Assembly (NCBI GenBank): GCA_012295275.1 | Contig: CM022677.1 | Coordinates: 13,516,001 to 13,580,000 of the forward strand | DNA length: 64,000 bases | Direction: 5' to 3' | DNA from: Chrysomallon squamiferum | Lineage: Eukaryota > Animalia > Mollusca | Part shown: piece by piece, positions 42,111 to 56,462 of the stretch | Layout of the letters: each line of letters begins with the position of its first letter | How positions within the stretch are numbered: the first letter of the stretch is position 1 | Program-made: the position numbers and the translations under genes | The notes under the pieces: model-generated | Told to the model about the DNA's origin: nothing | The model's input: the letters and a program-made list of their open reading frames with translations, nothing else | Database searches by the model: none

Positions 42111-42390
42111 CACAACAATAGATATAGGTTTCCTACAACAACAACAGACATGTAATGGATGTCTGAAAACAACAAATATGGGTATCACTAGTGGTTTACC
42201 ACTAAACCAACAGCAGATATGTAGTCATGTCTGACAACAATATTGGTATCAGTGGTGTTTTACCACTACAACAACAGAAATGTAATGTATGTCTGAAAAC
42301 AATAAATATGGGTATCACTAGTGTGTTTTACCTCTATAACAACAGCAGACAAGTAGTCAGTGTCTGACATTGATATGGGTATTGCTAGTG
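42105..42390 (+). repeat. Short copy (about 4-5 units) of the 63-69 bp minisatellite
   Basis: Same unit (aataaatatgggtatcactagtg..ttacc.cta.aacaacagcagac) at the same position relative to the Gypsy element as 4545-6150. Confidence 0.9.
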
Positions 42391-42569
42391 CTTATTTTAT
42401 TTCTGGATCCACCACTGAACTGGTTTTCCTATGTTTGACTGTGACCAATGTTTTGCAGTGATTAATATGGTTATTCCTGATGTTTGGTGCTAGAAATTCT
42501 GAAACCATAAAGTATCTCTCATATCAGACATTTCATTTATCAAGGTATATTATAATCTTTATAATTAAA

Positions 42570-42800
42570 CAAATATTCTTCAAATCTGCTATATACAAAC
42601 ACAAAGATATCTGAATTATTCTACAGATCTGCCATAAAAACAGAAGACATCTTGAATCATTCCACAGATCTGCCATACAATCATGAATTATCAGAATTAT
42701 GTAAACATGCCAGACAAATATGAAGATATCTGAACATTCTACAAATGTGCCACACAAAGATACCTTCATTTATTCTACAAATCTGCCATATAAATATGAT
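42570..42800 (+). repeat. About 40 bp degenerate minisatellite
   Basis: About 6 copies of gatatctgaattattctacagatctgccata. Confidence 0.75.
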
Positions 42801-43252
42801 GCCAAAAGTTATAAAGAAGAAAGCTAAACAATTTACATCAGATAAATTAGTATTATTATTTAGGAATCTTAAGCAAGCTGTTTCAAACTATGTTTTGGGA
42901 AAACAATAGAGGCCCATTACTGAAATCCCAGGAGAGAGAATTAAAACAGACAACTAAATATCTGATAAAAAGTTAAATAAATAATATAATGTTTATAGAA
43001 AATAAATAAGATAAAATAAATTAAATTTAAAATATTTAAAATATAAAATAAAAAATCATCAGTATTCACAGTGAAATTAGAAAGAGGAAATGAGAGAAAC
43101 TAGACTGATCACAGATCACTCTTGTGTGATATATGTAAAATATCATTTGCTGTTAACTGGTAAAAATAAAACTACCCAACAGTTACAAGAAAACATTAAT
43201 TTCATTCAAAGATGCTTTTACAAAGACTTGTACATAATTCTGAAGTTCTCCA

Positions 43253-43298
<46 letters not shown>

Positions 43299-46200
43299 TC
43301 TGAGCTAATGGTGAAATGTCTTATTTCTTTAAATATGTCATTTATTATTATTTGTTGTTGTTGTTTCTTTTTATTATTATTTTTTTAAATATTAAATTTA
43401 AATGTTGTTTGTGTGGCAGATTGATGTAAACAAAATCCGACAATATGAAATATCTAAACAATTGTCCAACATGCTTCAACTGAATAAGATAATTAGTTTG
43501 AAACTGGACATACATTATTTTATCTATGTTTATAATATATCTGTTTGAGGCACACATAAGAAATTGGCTGTTAATCAATATAAACTTTTATAAAATTCTG
43601 GAATTGTTTGTCCCATCTGTGTCTATTACCAAGTTTAAATCTCGTGAAAAGTTCATTTTTATAATTACATAAAATCAACTTAACATCCACTGATACAGGC
43701 TTTCATCATCTAATACCAAACAGTTAACCAATAATAAACACAACCTGTTGTAATTCAGTGTATAATACAGGTTAAAACTGTGACCATTTATCAGCAATTA
43801 TAATAACTGAAAAAAATCTCAGGGTCTTTACAATAAAAACATTCCTAAAGACTTATGTCAGTTAGATAAAAATAATATGGGATTAAATAAAAATCATTCT
43901 GGTGCAAGACCCTCAAAAATAATAAATGTAATTGAGGTGCCTAAGCTAAATGTCAAATGACCGATTAGTCACTGACTATCATCCAGGTCAGTATAACTAA
44001 TTAGATGAGTCTGCATTCTGACTTATCAGACTGACAGCTCCAGATAAAAAACAGTGTGAGCATACATAAACAGTAAGGAGATATCAAGTTAAAATTGAAA
44101 GAAAGAACTTTTTTTTCTTAAATTTCAAAAAAAAAGAGTAATATCCATTCATGTTTTTGGAAATAGATTTAAAATAAAGTATCTTTATTTTTGAATCATT
44201 CAAAGTTAGTAATTTTCAAAGGAATTAAATATTGAAACTGAATTTTTTTTTTTTTACTGTTTACCATGTTTTACACAAATTTTAAGCATTTTTTATTAAT
44301 ATTTTTAATTTTAATTTGAACATATAATTTAAAAAATTATTATAGATTTAAAACTAAAACTAATACTAAATAAAATGTTAAAAGATTTGTGATTAAAACA
44401 ACATTTGTAACAAGTATGTGAACTTTTAATACAGTAATTAACATGTAAGAAAATTGCTATGAAGTTTTATATATAAGACAAACACTGCAGTCCAATAAAA
44501 ATAAATAAATAAAATATTATCCAGTTAAAAAGTTGTGTACACTTTAAATGGTATTTTTCAGCTATGGTATTTAAATTAAGATGCAAGCACTAACTGTTTA
44601 AAAGAGAACTTGCACAGATTTACAAATTAACTTTTAGTAACGTGTCAGCTTACATTAATGACAGCCTTCCAAAAGATCAATAATTATTATTATATTGTAG
44701 TAAAATTAAGCAAAATGAAAACCAGCTTGAAAAAATATTCTTGTGACTGGTGGATTGATGAAAAAAATGTAACTTTATGTAGGATAAACTGAATGCATCA
44801 TGTCAAAAATAAAATACAATTAAAAAAAATAAAAAGGATGAAATAGTAAAAATATTTTTAGGATTTCCAGGGTTTAAAACCCATGAACAGAATTAAAAAC
44901 ATGACTCCACATATTCACCTAAGGAAATTCAAGTGGGATTCTGAGGTCTCAAAAGAATAGTAAACAAGAAGTAAGGCTGCTACATCACAACTAGTGTAAC
45001 AATACTAATATTATAAATTACTGTTCTAACAAAAAATATATTTATTCACTTACACAGACCATACACAGGCTGATGAGTCTCTTGCACAGTAATGTATCCA
45101 TGAATCTCATAATAATGTCCTGTTTCTTCCACATTTCATTTCATGCCTTCTCTGCCTAAATGCATTATTTTTTTGTTGACAGTTTTCAAATGTTTGTCTT
45201 CAATCCATACATTAACTAGCAAAAGAAAAATAGTCTTATTGTAAGTATAACTGATTATTAGCAAATTGCAACAAATAATTCTAAAATTAAAATATAAATA
45301 CATTAAAAGCATTTTCTCCACCTTCTTTAAAATATATTATAGAAATATTAATTGCATTGTACAGTAATTATTACTTTTATTTTATTTTATTTTATAATGT
45401 CATAGTTCAGCTTGAAAAAATATGTTGGATTTTAATATAATAAAAAACAGAACTCATGACAGAGCCTGTGCAGTGTTAAATCTGCATTTCCAGAAGCTTT
45501 CATCAGTCATTTCTCCATGTTGCAGCTCTGAAATTGTTATTTTTCTTATTTCTGCATACATATATCAATTAGTTATACCATGTCCATTTGAAGTAAATAA
45601 ATACAGCTTGAAATGTTTTCAGCAATAAATGTAAAGTTTAAACCAAAGTTATACTGCAAACCATTAAGTCCAAAACTAGATTATAATTACTATAAAAATC
45701 TTTAGGATGTCGAACTGACATTTTAGGATACAGTATTATACACCATGTCAATTTTTCTAAATGCTGCAATTACTTAGTTTAAACTAAAATCCTGAAAAAC
45801 TGAAGGCAAAAATAACAAAATACAAAACAGCCAAAACTAAAAAGTATGATTATTAGCAAAGTACAAAATTTAATTAATTATAATTAATGGCAAAGGGAAC
45901 TGACCTACAGTTATGAATGTTTTCATATTTTTTCAACTTAACGTCCCAGTAATTTCCACTTTTTTTTTTTTTTTTTTAAATGCGCTTGTCTGGTACTCAT
46001 CCATTATTGTCATTGAAGTAATTCATTGCAAGCGCAGTAAAAACGGTCACCAGTTTGAAGTACTAAAGTTTGCTACAATATATATATTATTATTTTTAAT
46101 TTTTAATTTTTAAAAATGTTTTTAGCTTCGGAAACAAAATAAAAATAAATATAATAATTAAATAAAGAAAGTAAAGATTAAAAAAAAAAAATGTGAATTG

Positions 46201-47097
46201 CCGTTCTTGGTAATAGTTTAGCAAAAACTCATGTTTTGCATTACAGTAAATAAATAGAGTGATCTCAGAAATGCCGAAACTGATGAAATCTTATAATTCA
46301 AAGAACTGTTAATTTCAAAAAATCTGCTAATTTTATAACCTTTTTTTATTTTTTTAAAGCCGATTTTTTCAGATTCATTATGTCGGTACCAACTGTAGTG
46401 AAAATAGAGATATTTTTATCAACTTTGTATTATTATTTGTTTTTATATATATATATATTATTTTTTTTTTATCTAGGCTACATCGGCACCTGATTATATT
46501 AGCTAACACGGGGCTTTGGGTCGGGGCTAAATATTGATGAAACGAACCAGTTTTTCATACGTTTTATTTATGACAAGGATATGTTTATCCATAACTTTTT
46601 CTAAGCCAAGGAAACAAAACCTGATTTTACAAAACTCTTAACTTCCTGGAAGACATTCCAAGATTTTCCAAAGCTGGTTTGTGTGTGTTGGTGTCAGAAG
46701 TAGGTGTCCTGTCATCAGCCAGTCCTTACAGACATTGTAAGTCCAGGTATCTGGCTGTGGAAAAGTGGAAAAGGCTAACAACGTCATGTCTTCTCGTGTC
46801 TGATATATTTACGATTTGAAGTAACTTTTTGGTTGGTGATGTTTTTATACGATTCGACTAATTATAGTAAGATTCAGAACCAACCAGCCCAATTTCCCCG
46901 ATCTTATTTCAGTAGGGACCTATTTTTGTTTTGTTTTTTGAACGCTTAATGTGTTCTCAGTTTCATGTTTTATCTGAATACATTTTTTTTTAAAATGTGT
47001 TACCTGATACTGTGAAATAAAGGTTTAATGTTTATCAGAAATACGTTGTATAGCCGAAGCCGTATGGTTATATGTTTCTCAGAATGTGTTTTCAGAA

Positions 47098-47189
<92 letters not shown>

Positions 47190-49759
47190 GATTGTATGGG
47201 TGAATGAGACAGATAACTTATAGCTATGTAATTGATTTGAATACTTCTCAAAATACTCTAATATAGGGCATTGTCTTCTTATCCAGTATAACGTATAATT
47301 AATAAATAACAATTTTTGTAAATATAGAAAAGATATACATCTTAATATATCAAGCAGATAAAAATTTCACTAACTGTAAAAGTTTTTTTATGATGTGGCC
47401 AATAAATTAAAACATTAACGTCCCAAGTAAACTTATTTCAAATTACTCATTATTTTGTTTAAATTATAAGTGTGAACAGGTCTTGCTAATGAATGTTATC
47501 ATGTAATCTTTTTTATTACTGTAACTTGAACTAAGTCTAGTACATTCTATATCAGTGCAGAAATCCAAGCTGATCTCTTAAGAAAACTTATTGATGTGTT
47601 TTGTTCTGAAGCTACGAAAAGAACATTTTGTAGTAAATTAACAACAACGACGGCAGCAGTGATAGCAATTATATTAATAAAATAGGAATAACATTTAAAG
47701 CAAAATGCGATGGTAACTGCAATAATGATACCAAAAGTAACGTTACGGTGTGATGCCACGAGGCGACATTAATTCAAATACAAATAACAACAACAACAAC
47801 AACAACAACTACAACAATAACAATAATAATTATTATAATAATGACAGGGAAAAAATTCCGTCACAATGATACATTAAGAGTGACAGTGACAGCACCAGTT
47901 ATAATTAATTAAAACAATATTAACAAATTAACTGTAAAAAGAGCACAAAACCTCCCAAAACAACCATTGAGAACTACAGTAATATTAACAACAATGCCCA
48001 TTATACAACGTCAGAGACAATGTCATCAATATAAATAATGTTAATCTACAGGAGGCGCAGATCAATTTGGTTCAATTAGACTGTGTTCTGACAAGTTGAG
48101 AAAACACTACGAACAGATTATACTGATAACTAGAAGTGCAGCGACACTTTGATAGAAACCAGTGTGTACTGTCAGGGACAACTCACCTAGAATAACGTGC
48201 TTATTTCTTTTAACACATAATGTAATGATATTAAATAGGAGAAATCCTTAAGCGGAACCTTTTTAAAATGATTTTGTTATCTTAAGTAATTTATAAGTTC
48301 TGTCATTTGTTAATTGCTTGATATAAGTCACTTACGATATCACGATTTCGAACAGTTTACAACAAAAATTATCCTGTCCATCAGTATTCCACTCGAAGTT
48401 GTAACTGTTAGTCGAATTTGAATAATTTTCACAGTTTAATTTTGCTTTTATTATTTCTTAAACTTTTATTATTAAATTGCTTTCAAATAATATCCTAAAT
48501 ATGGTGTGTACAGTAGTAGTATAGAAGAAAAGATCATGTTTATACTTCCAGACAAAGAGTTGTGAGTATTTTAGAAATATACCGTTTCTAAGCAGGAGTT
48601 AGTGAGATGGAGAAAGAAGGTGATTTTCAATAATTGCACCACACACTGCGTTTTAATTTCACTTTTCTGATAACTAATATTTAATAAGTTTATTTTAATA
48701 AATGTTTAGGTGAAACTTGCGAAGACAAGTCGGGCTGTGCAGACGTGTAGCTGACTGTTTGGTTAACACGTGTTACATTAAAAATAATCAGCTTTCTTCA
48801 TAGTAAGAAATGTAAGTAAAATTATCAGTATTTTTATGATGCAAAATAGAGGTAAAACATAGTAAAACATCACGTTATTTTCACTGAGTATCAGTTTATG
48901 ATATAAATGCCGCTGGTTTTATATATAAAACGTGAATTACGTCGCGTTTTAACAAAACAGAAAACTTCGCTTATCTCTGTGAATTTTAATTTTAATGTCG
49001 TTTGCTTTGCAAAATCAAATTTTGTGATAGAAGTAAAATGTAACTTCTCGCGTGTTCAGTATTAATGGATTTTGGGGATTTTTTATTGAGATAAAATTGT
49101 AACTCAGTTTAACAGAACAAATATTGTCACAGTAGAGTGGATTCCCCTGTATATCTAGTCATTAAATTATTTATTTCTGAACTTAGAAGTCGAGCGCTTA
49201 ATGCCACTATAAAATAAAAAGTCACATCCAGATTAAAATGATATTTGGTTAACAACAGGACAGATTACACTAAAAAGTCCTCATGATGTTGAAAACTGAT
49301 ATTTTACTTTTATAAGAATCCATTCATTTTGGTTGATAAGTGATGACATATTTATGTTGTGAACATGCGCGCTATTTTCACAGGTAATTTGAAATTGAAT
49401 GACGACGTTTACTAACGTTTATTAACATTATCAAGATTATTCTTGAAAAGCCGAAAATATTCCTTTGGCTGTATCCAAGATTATACTGACAATTACATAT
49501 ATATTATCAATATTTGTTAAGGAGGAAAACAGAGGTAAACTTAATAAAATATCAATGTAAACAGTGGTACTTTTAATAAGATAGGACGTAATTCATTTGT
49601 ATAAGCTGCACAGCTAGTAGTAAATAAAAACGTAAATTCCGAACAGTAGTCTCAAATCATCTTCAGAAAATTACGCTCATCCAAATTACATAGAAATTAA
49701 ATGATTAACCGTTATAATATTGGTTACTATATTTAAAAACAAACATTTATTTGAGAGCC

Positions 49760-52735
49760 CCTCTATATTTCATCAAGAGATCAAGTTTGAGCTTCGACTG
49801 GCAGAAGAAATAACCACTACTCGACCATCTTGCTCTTGAGATAGAACAGCTCCCAAACCCTGAAAACCTGCATCAGTCTCATCAATGAAAGGTTTCTGGA
49901 AATCAGAGTAGCCTAAACTTGGAATTGTAGTCAGCTAAACTGTTGATGCATTGAAACCATCGTCACAAGACTGATACCTGCATTCCTGAAAAGGTTTCCG
50001 AGTTTCAGGAACCTTTCTGACAAGTTTTCCTTTCTTTTTCTTGCCACCACCTATCAGTGAATGCAGGGGTGCGGCTATGTTGGTAAAACTGTTATTGAAC
50101 CGTCGATAGTAGCTGGTAAATCCAAGAAATGACCTCAGTTCTCTTGTTGGTATTTTTCAGTCTTTGACAGCTGAAACCTGATCAGAAATATCCGTCTCTG
50201 AAACAACATGGCCAAGATACTTAACCTGCTTTTTAAGCAAATGACACGTGTAGCCTACTAAAACCATTTCTAGCCTTTGGTCCATTTCGTCGAAGGTGTG
50301 TCCAGACACAAGAATGACTTCTAGGTATACTATCAGAGACTGAAGACTGTCTTCTCCCAGGCAAACCTGCATTAGCCATTAGGCTACTCTGATTAAACAA
50401 ACCCATGGAAATCCTGGAATATTTAAAAAAAGAGAAAAAAAAGACGAACAAGCGCGAAATGCAGTCTCGGAAATGTCTTCCTCTTCCATGGCACACTGAA
50501 GAAATCCATGTGCTAGATCGATGGAAGAGAAATACTTGGCGCCTTTCAATGTCTCAAGTGCTTCATCTACACGGGGAAGTGGATGCGCATCTTTGACAGG
50601 TTTTGCATTTAAGAGGCTGAAGTCTCCACATATTCTCAGCTTTCCACCGGACTTTCTAACAAGTACCAAGGCTGATACATAAGGTGAGTACTTGGGCGCA
50701 GAATGACTACAGCTGCTTAGGGTTTGCAGATAAGCTTTTAACTGTTCCCACTGACTAGGTGGAACTCGGCGATAAGGGACTATCCAGGGTTATCATCTGA
50801 GGTGGTAATTTTGTTTAATGATGCTACAGTATCCCGGATCATGATCGCCTTTACTAAACAGATAATCCAACTTCATTTTCCCTTCCTGCGTACAAGTTAA
50901 GTTATCCCAATATCCAACTGTTTAAAAATGAAATCATCGCTGGAGAAATTTCCAACTCTAGAATCTTTTAAATCGTTTACCACAAAAAAAAAAAAAAATC
51001 TGTGGGAAGGTTCTGCATAAAATTTGCAGCCTTTAAGTGAAATGCTGTGACCATTTGCTGCCGAAACATTAATAAAAGGACATAAAGCAAAGATCTCCCC
51101 AACGTTATTTTCAAATGATTTTTGTAAACTGTTTCCCTAATGGTAAAAAATCAGCCCCGGTATCTCCGAAGGCAGAAGATGATTATCAGCAGCCTCTTTA
51201 CCCAGGAAACCAAGAACAACGTTTATGCCAATCAACGGCCCAATTAAAAAAGGATTCTGCTGTATTAGCCAGCATCTGTCGGTTGAGTTCCCGACTCAAA
51301 TAGGGATCTCTCAGATTCAGATCTCGCTGACCATATTAACATTCATCATGTTCCAGCTGCTGACACAGTCTTAGCAATTCATGGCTGTACATCAGCAGAG
51401 ATTCATCTGACCCTATTTTCGACTTCTTCATATACGAAAAACATGAACAATATCTGCGGGTCAGGAAGAATCATCGTGATTATCTATTTCCAACCTGACA
51501 GGACCTGCTAAGTGCACCTTTAGGAAACGTATGGCTGAGTTATCAGTTTGACATTTTAACTCAAGCTGATCTTTGATATCGCGAATCCAGTCCTCCACGT
51601 TAAAGTCCGATCCGGCTTACTTTGAAACTGCCCGATATGGCGCTCCTGTGTCACCAAACATTATTTGTGGCTGAATATGAGCAGAGGATTAAAGTTAGAA
51701 TCTTTTAGACTCGTTATCTCTCGTACTTCTAATCGAATCTGAACGAATCTGATTATCTTTCGCCTGCTGACTAAACTGAAAATCGAGGTTTTGAAAATCT
51801 CGTCTAAGCTGTTCATAGCTAGCTAATCTTTCTTCCGTTTGCGACATCTTGCTTTGAAAACCATCTCAAAACTTCAGCAACACTTTACTTAAAAATCAGT
51901 TTGAAGATTTATGAAAAGAGCAAAATTCTATCTTACTAGACTTCAATGACTATAAAAGAGAAGATAATTTGACATATCATTTAATTGTCTGAAATCAACA
52001 TGTTTTTAATTATTTATTTCTCCAAAAGCTCCATATTAACTTATAAACTATTATTCATTGGAATATAAAATAATATTTTACACAATCCCAACTACAGGTA
52101 GACCTGAAGAAATGTTTACCAATGGTTATAACATATACTGAACTTAATATACTGTATACTGACATTTTAATTACATAAACATGTTATTATTATTATCTTT
52201 TTATTATTAGACAGCTGTAGGTTGGTATAATATGTATTCGTAATATATATGACTGTCTAAACAAAGGGCTTTAATATTAGGTAATTTCTGCTATAGCAAT
52301 GTTAACATTTACAATATAACTGTGGCATCTCCAAGGAGGAGAAACAGATTCATAAAACAAATCATAATAAATATTGTAGAGTTGGAGAACAAAAAATATG
52401 AAGCCAGTACGAAAAAACCCAAAAGAACACAAAACAAACAACACCAGTGTCGCCACCTTCTCTAGTAAATGTTTAAGGTCCTGCAGTGTCCAAGACCTAA
52501 GTGCAATCTTTGCAATTCCAGCTGACGGATCAGTAAAGCAAAATCTTCATCAGTTTTGTAACAAACTGCTAGACTAATGACTTGAACTTGGCGCCAGATG
52601 AAAGAAGCACCCAGACACAGTTCAGTTTAGCTTTACAAGCGTGGTAATGTCACATGACCGACCATACAGTTGCCACTGCTAACGAAAGCTCCCAATAGGA
52701 GGCAGTCATCTTAATCTATCTTGGTAGTACTTACT
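49760..52735 (-). mobile_element. Decayed Ty3/Gypsy element, family 2 (partial 5' LTR about 52250-52735, gag from ATG 51847, RT, start of RNase H)
   Basis: Gag NVEDWIRDIKDQLEL..FLKVHLAGPVRLEI; RT PYRRVPP..LVLVRKSGGKLRICGDFSLLNAK..DAHPLPRVDEALETLKGAKYFSSIDLAHGFLQ..VYLEVILV..VKYLGHVVS..ELRSFLGFTSYYRRF; RNase H LGYSDFQKPFIDETDAGFQGLGAVLSQEQDG. The YLDD motif has decayed and there are many frameshifts. Confidence 0.95.
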
Positions 52736-52929
52736 TTAAATCGATGAAGTTGTCCTCAAGCATTTGTAATACAGAGTTATGGTCATCAGCTTCTGATAGC
52801 GCTTCAAAAGCTGCAGTCACTTCATGCACTGGGACGAATGCAAAATCTTCATCAGTATCATAACAAACTGCTAGACTAATGAGTTGAACTTGGCGCCAGA
52901 TGAAAGAAGCATCCAGACATGGTTCAGTT
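52736..52929 (-). mobile_element. MULE (Mutator-like) transposase fragment; a second partial copy lies at about 52525-52630
   Basis: GCFFHLA in one frame, continuing WRQVQLISLAVCYDTDEDF.AFVPVHEVTAAFEAL..LEDNFI in another. This is typical of animal MULE transposases. About 90 bp is duplicated at 52538-52626. Confidence 0.75.
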
Positions 52930-53129
52930 NNNNNNNNNNNNNNNNNNNNNNNNNNNNNNNNNNNNNNNNNNNNNNNNNNNNNNNNNNNNNNNNNNNNNNN
53001 NNNNNNNNNNNNNNNNNNNNNNNNNNNNNNNNNNNNNNNNNNNNNNNNNNNNNNNNNNNNNNNNNNNNNNNNNNNNNNNNNNNNNNNNNNNNNNNNNNNN
53101 NNNNNNNNNNNNNNNNNNNNNNNNNNNNN
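52930..53129. other. Assembly gap (200 N)
   Basis: Run of N. Confidence 1.
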
Positions 53130-53387
53130 CACACACCTCCCACACACACACACACACATTACACACATATATGTATGTATGTATACATATATTCACACAC
53201 ACACAAGAAAAAACAAAAACCTTCATACACAGAATACAGAACATACATATATTTTGTTTATTACCTGAAGCCAGGTAGGTACTTCTCCATCTTTCTTAGC
53301 CCCAGTGATAGTGTTCCATTCATCAACTGACAGACTACTTAGAGTCTAGAAATACTTTCATCATTTCTGTTTCTTCTCTATTATAAT

Positions 53388-53468
<81 letters not shown>

Positions 53469-54468
53469 AGAGATGGCATTGAACATACTGAATTATCAAG
53501 AGGGCAAGACAACAAGATATAAATATTCATAAATAAGGAGAATGTGATGTTTATTATTACAGATAGATATATAGAAAGATAGACAGATAGCTGTGAACTG
53601 TTATTACTGCACTACTACATACTATATAATCACTCACCATGACCTTTCAACATGTCTGCAGAGTCAGAAGTTGACTGTTTCCTTTATCTGTGAGAATGGC
53701 TGGACAGTGCATCATAGTACCCAGCATTCCTAGAGGAAGACAAATAAATAAATGACAAATTTCAATATGAACCATATAAATGTTAAAACAAAAAAATAAC
53801 TATAACTGTTTACCAGGATGTCCTCCAAGTGCTGTCAGTTTAATCAGGAAGCTGAAGAGACAACTACAAGATGATTCAATTTTCTCCCCTGACTTCTTGA
53901 CAGTGAGTCCTTAAAATTAAATTTATATAAATAGTTTAAAATGAAAACAATGCAACAACAGCATTAACATTAATAAAACCTTTTATTTAGTATTCCTTCT
54001 TCTTTCTTATTTTTACCATTGGATTAACTTATTTAGAGTTCAGGTTAGGATTAGGGCTAGGACTAGTGTTAGGGTTAGGATGAGAGTAGGTTCAGGCTAG
54101 TTATTTATTTATTTACTTTCTTATTTGTTATTATTATTGTTTCTTTTTTACTATTTTTATTTTTATTGTTCTTTTTAAATAAACGTATTTATTATCAGTT
54201 GCAGCATCCAACTTTGTGGAAAGTTCTTCCATTTCATTTTCTTGTAAGTTTTTCTTCAAGTTGTTAAGATACAACACTGTCAGTCGTGATGACAGCAACT
54301 GATATCAGTAACAACAGTCCCTCCTTCCCTGAATGATAATAAAAAATATTTTAAAAACTTGAATTTAAAATTTAAAATGTAAAGAAGCAGGAACTACAGC
54401 TACTGTTCCTACTGCACTCTATTAAAACTACATCGCTACTATTATTATTATTACTACTACTGCTACTA

Positions 54469-54622
54469 TTAGGAAAGTGATAATAAAAGCTAATGTGTAG
54501 CTGTACTTATAGTAGGTAGTAGTAGCTGCAGTAGTATTACTAAACTAGTTATTATTACTACTGCTGCTACTGCTACCTACTATAACTACAGCTTCACATT
54601 AGCTTTTATTATCACTTTCCTA
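54469..54622. repeat. Palindrome with about 67-bp arms
   Basis: taggaaagtgataataaaagctaatgtg...gtagta (54469-54535) is the reverse complement of 54556-54622 with about 4 mismatches. Confidence 0.92.
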
Positions 54623-54632
54623 CAATGTTAGC

Positions 54633-54674
<42 letters not shown>

Positions 54675-55309
54675 TACTACTACTCTTTCTAGGTTTTTTT
54701 GATACGGTAGTAGCTGTTATTATTACTATTGTTGATTGACTTTGAAAAACGCAGAGAAAGAGAAAAGCTGATTCATATTACTACTTAGGATTAGCAACAG
54801 CAAAGCGACGGTTTTTTTTGATATGGTAGTAGCTGTTATTATTACTACTGCTGATGCTACTATTACTACATCATAGCTACTACTGTCATCACCACGTTAC
54901 ATGTTACTGTTGATGTTTTTGTTGCTAATTACATCTCTGTTACAAATAATAAAGAACTGAAAACTATTGTATTTACAAGATGCAATTCAGATCTGTTATT
55001 TTTCCTCCTGTGTATGTATAGTAATAAAATTAAACATAATAAATCTCAAACAATATTGCAAGCTTCTATTTTCATATTTTGAATTAAAAAAACTAATATT
55101 TTCTGAAAAATACAAAAATAATTTATTACCTAATGAGTTTCCACTCAAGCTGTTTAACTCAGACTTGTGTGCCTTGGTGGTATAAACAAAGACTAAGGGC
55201 ACCATCAGTTTGAATCTTAAATTTAAATAAAACAGGCCTGAGTATTTTGTACAAAGCATTTAAACATATAAACTGATAACCAAATATTTCTTAACACACA
55301 CACACACAC

Positions 55310-55930
55310 TCACAAACACACACACTAGTATCTAAGTAGCAATTATAACTACTGGTGATATACTGACACACACACACACACACTATTATCAGAGTAGCAA
55401 TTATCACTTTTACAGATATACTCACACAACCACACACCTAAGAATAGCAATTATCACTATTGCTGATACACACAGACACACAAAATTACCATAGTAGTAA
55501 TCACTACTGCTGACATACTCGCACACACAAACAAATACGCACACAGACATGCACACACTCACACAACACTATTATCAGTTATTACGAGTTATCACTACTG
55601 CTGATACACAAACACTCAATTACCAGAGTAGTAGTTATCACTATTGCTGATACATGCACACACACATACTATTATCAGATTAGCAATTATTAGTATTGCT
55701 AACACTCACAGACACATACAGAAACACAAACACACGTGCATGCACACGCACACACACATACTAGTATCAGTGTAGCAGTTATCACTATTTGTGATACAGA
55801 CACACAGCAATTATCACACACACACACAAACACACTATTATCAGAGTAGCAATTATCACATACAGTCACACACACACACACTATTATCAGAGTAGCAATT
55901 ATCGCTACTGCTGATTCATACACACACAAA
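55310..55930 (+). repeat. Minisatellite of an about 35-bp core (ctattatcagagtagcaattatcactattgctgata) alternating with variable (CA)n
   Basis: About a dozen cores separated by CA tracts of varying length. Confidence 0.88.
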
Positions 55931-56409
55931 CACACACATACAGAGTTTAATATTCTAAGCATATAGTTTAACAAAACTGTTTATGTCAGATACAGAAAGA
56001 TAAGAATTATATACAGAATAATTTTTCAAATATTAGTAAAATCAATAAAATTTAAATAAAAATTACCACATCTTTCAAAGAAAGGAGTTTTCCATGGAAA
56101 CTCAAACAGCTGGTTGGTTAAACAACTGCAGTTCAGACTTAATTCCTGTAGAGAACTTGTGACTGATTTGGAATCTGGAATATCTGAAATAAGTGAAAAA
56201 CAGTATTAACAAACCTATTAACTAAGAGGAGAAAAAGAAAATAAAAGTAGAACAAATATAATAATGACAAATTTGTCAAACCTAACAAAATTAAATACAC
56301 TTGAGTGTATGTGTGTGTGTGTAAGATTCATATAGATACAGATATATATATATCTATCTATAAATATAGATATATATATATATACACACATGAACACAGA
56401 GAGAGAGAG

Positions 56410-56462
<53 letters not shown>

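Noticed and set aside
52731-53330. Six long ORFs
   Set aside because: Artefacts of reading through the 200-N gap; only the MULE-like portion is meaningful.
55310-55930. Repeat-spacer pattern resembling CRISPR
   Set aside because: The apparent spacers are just (CA)n tracts of variable length and the cores are degenerate; this is a compound minisatellite.
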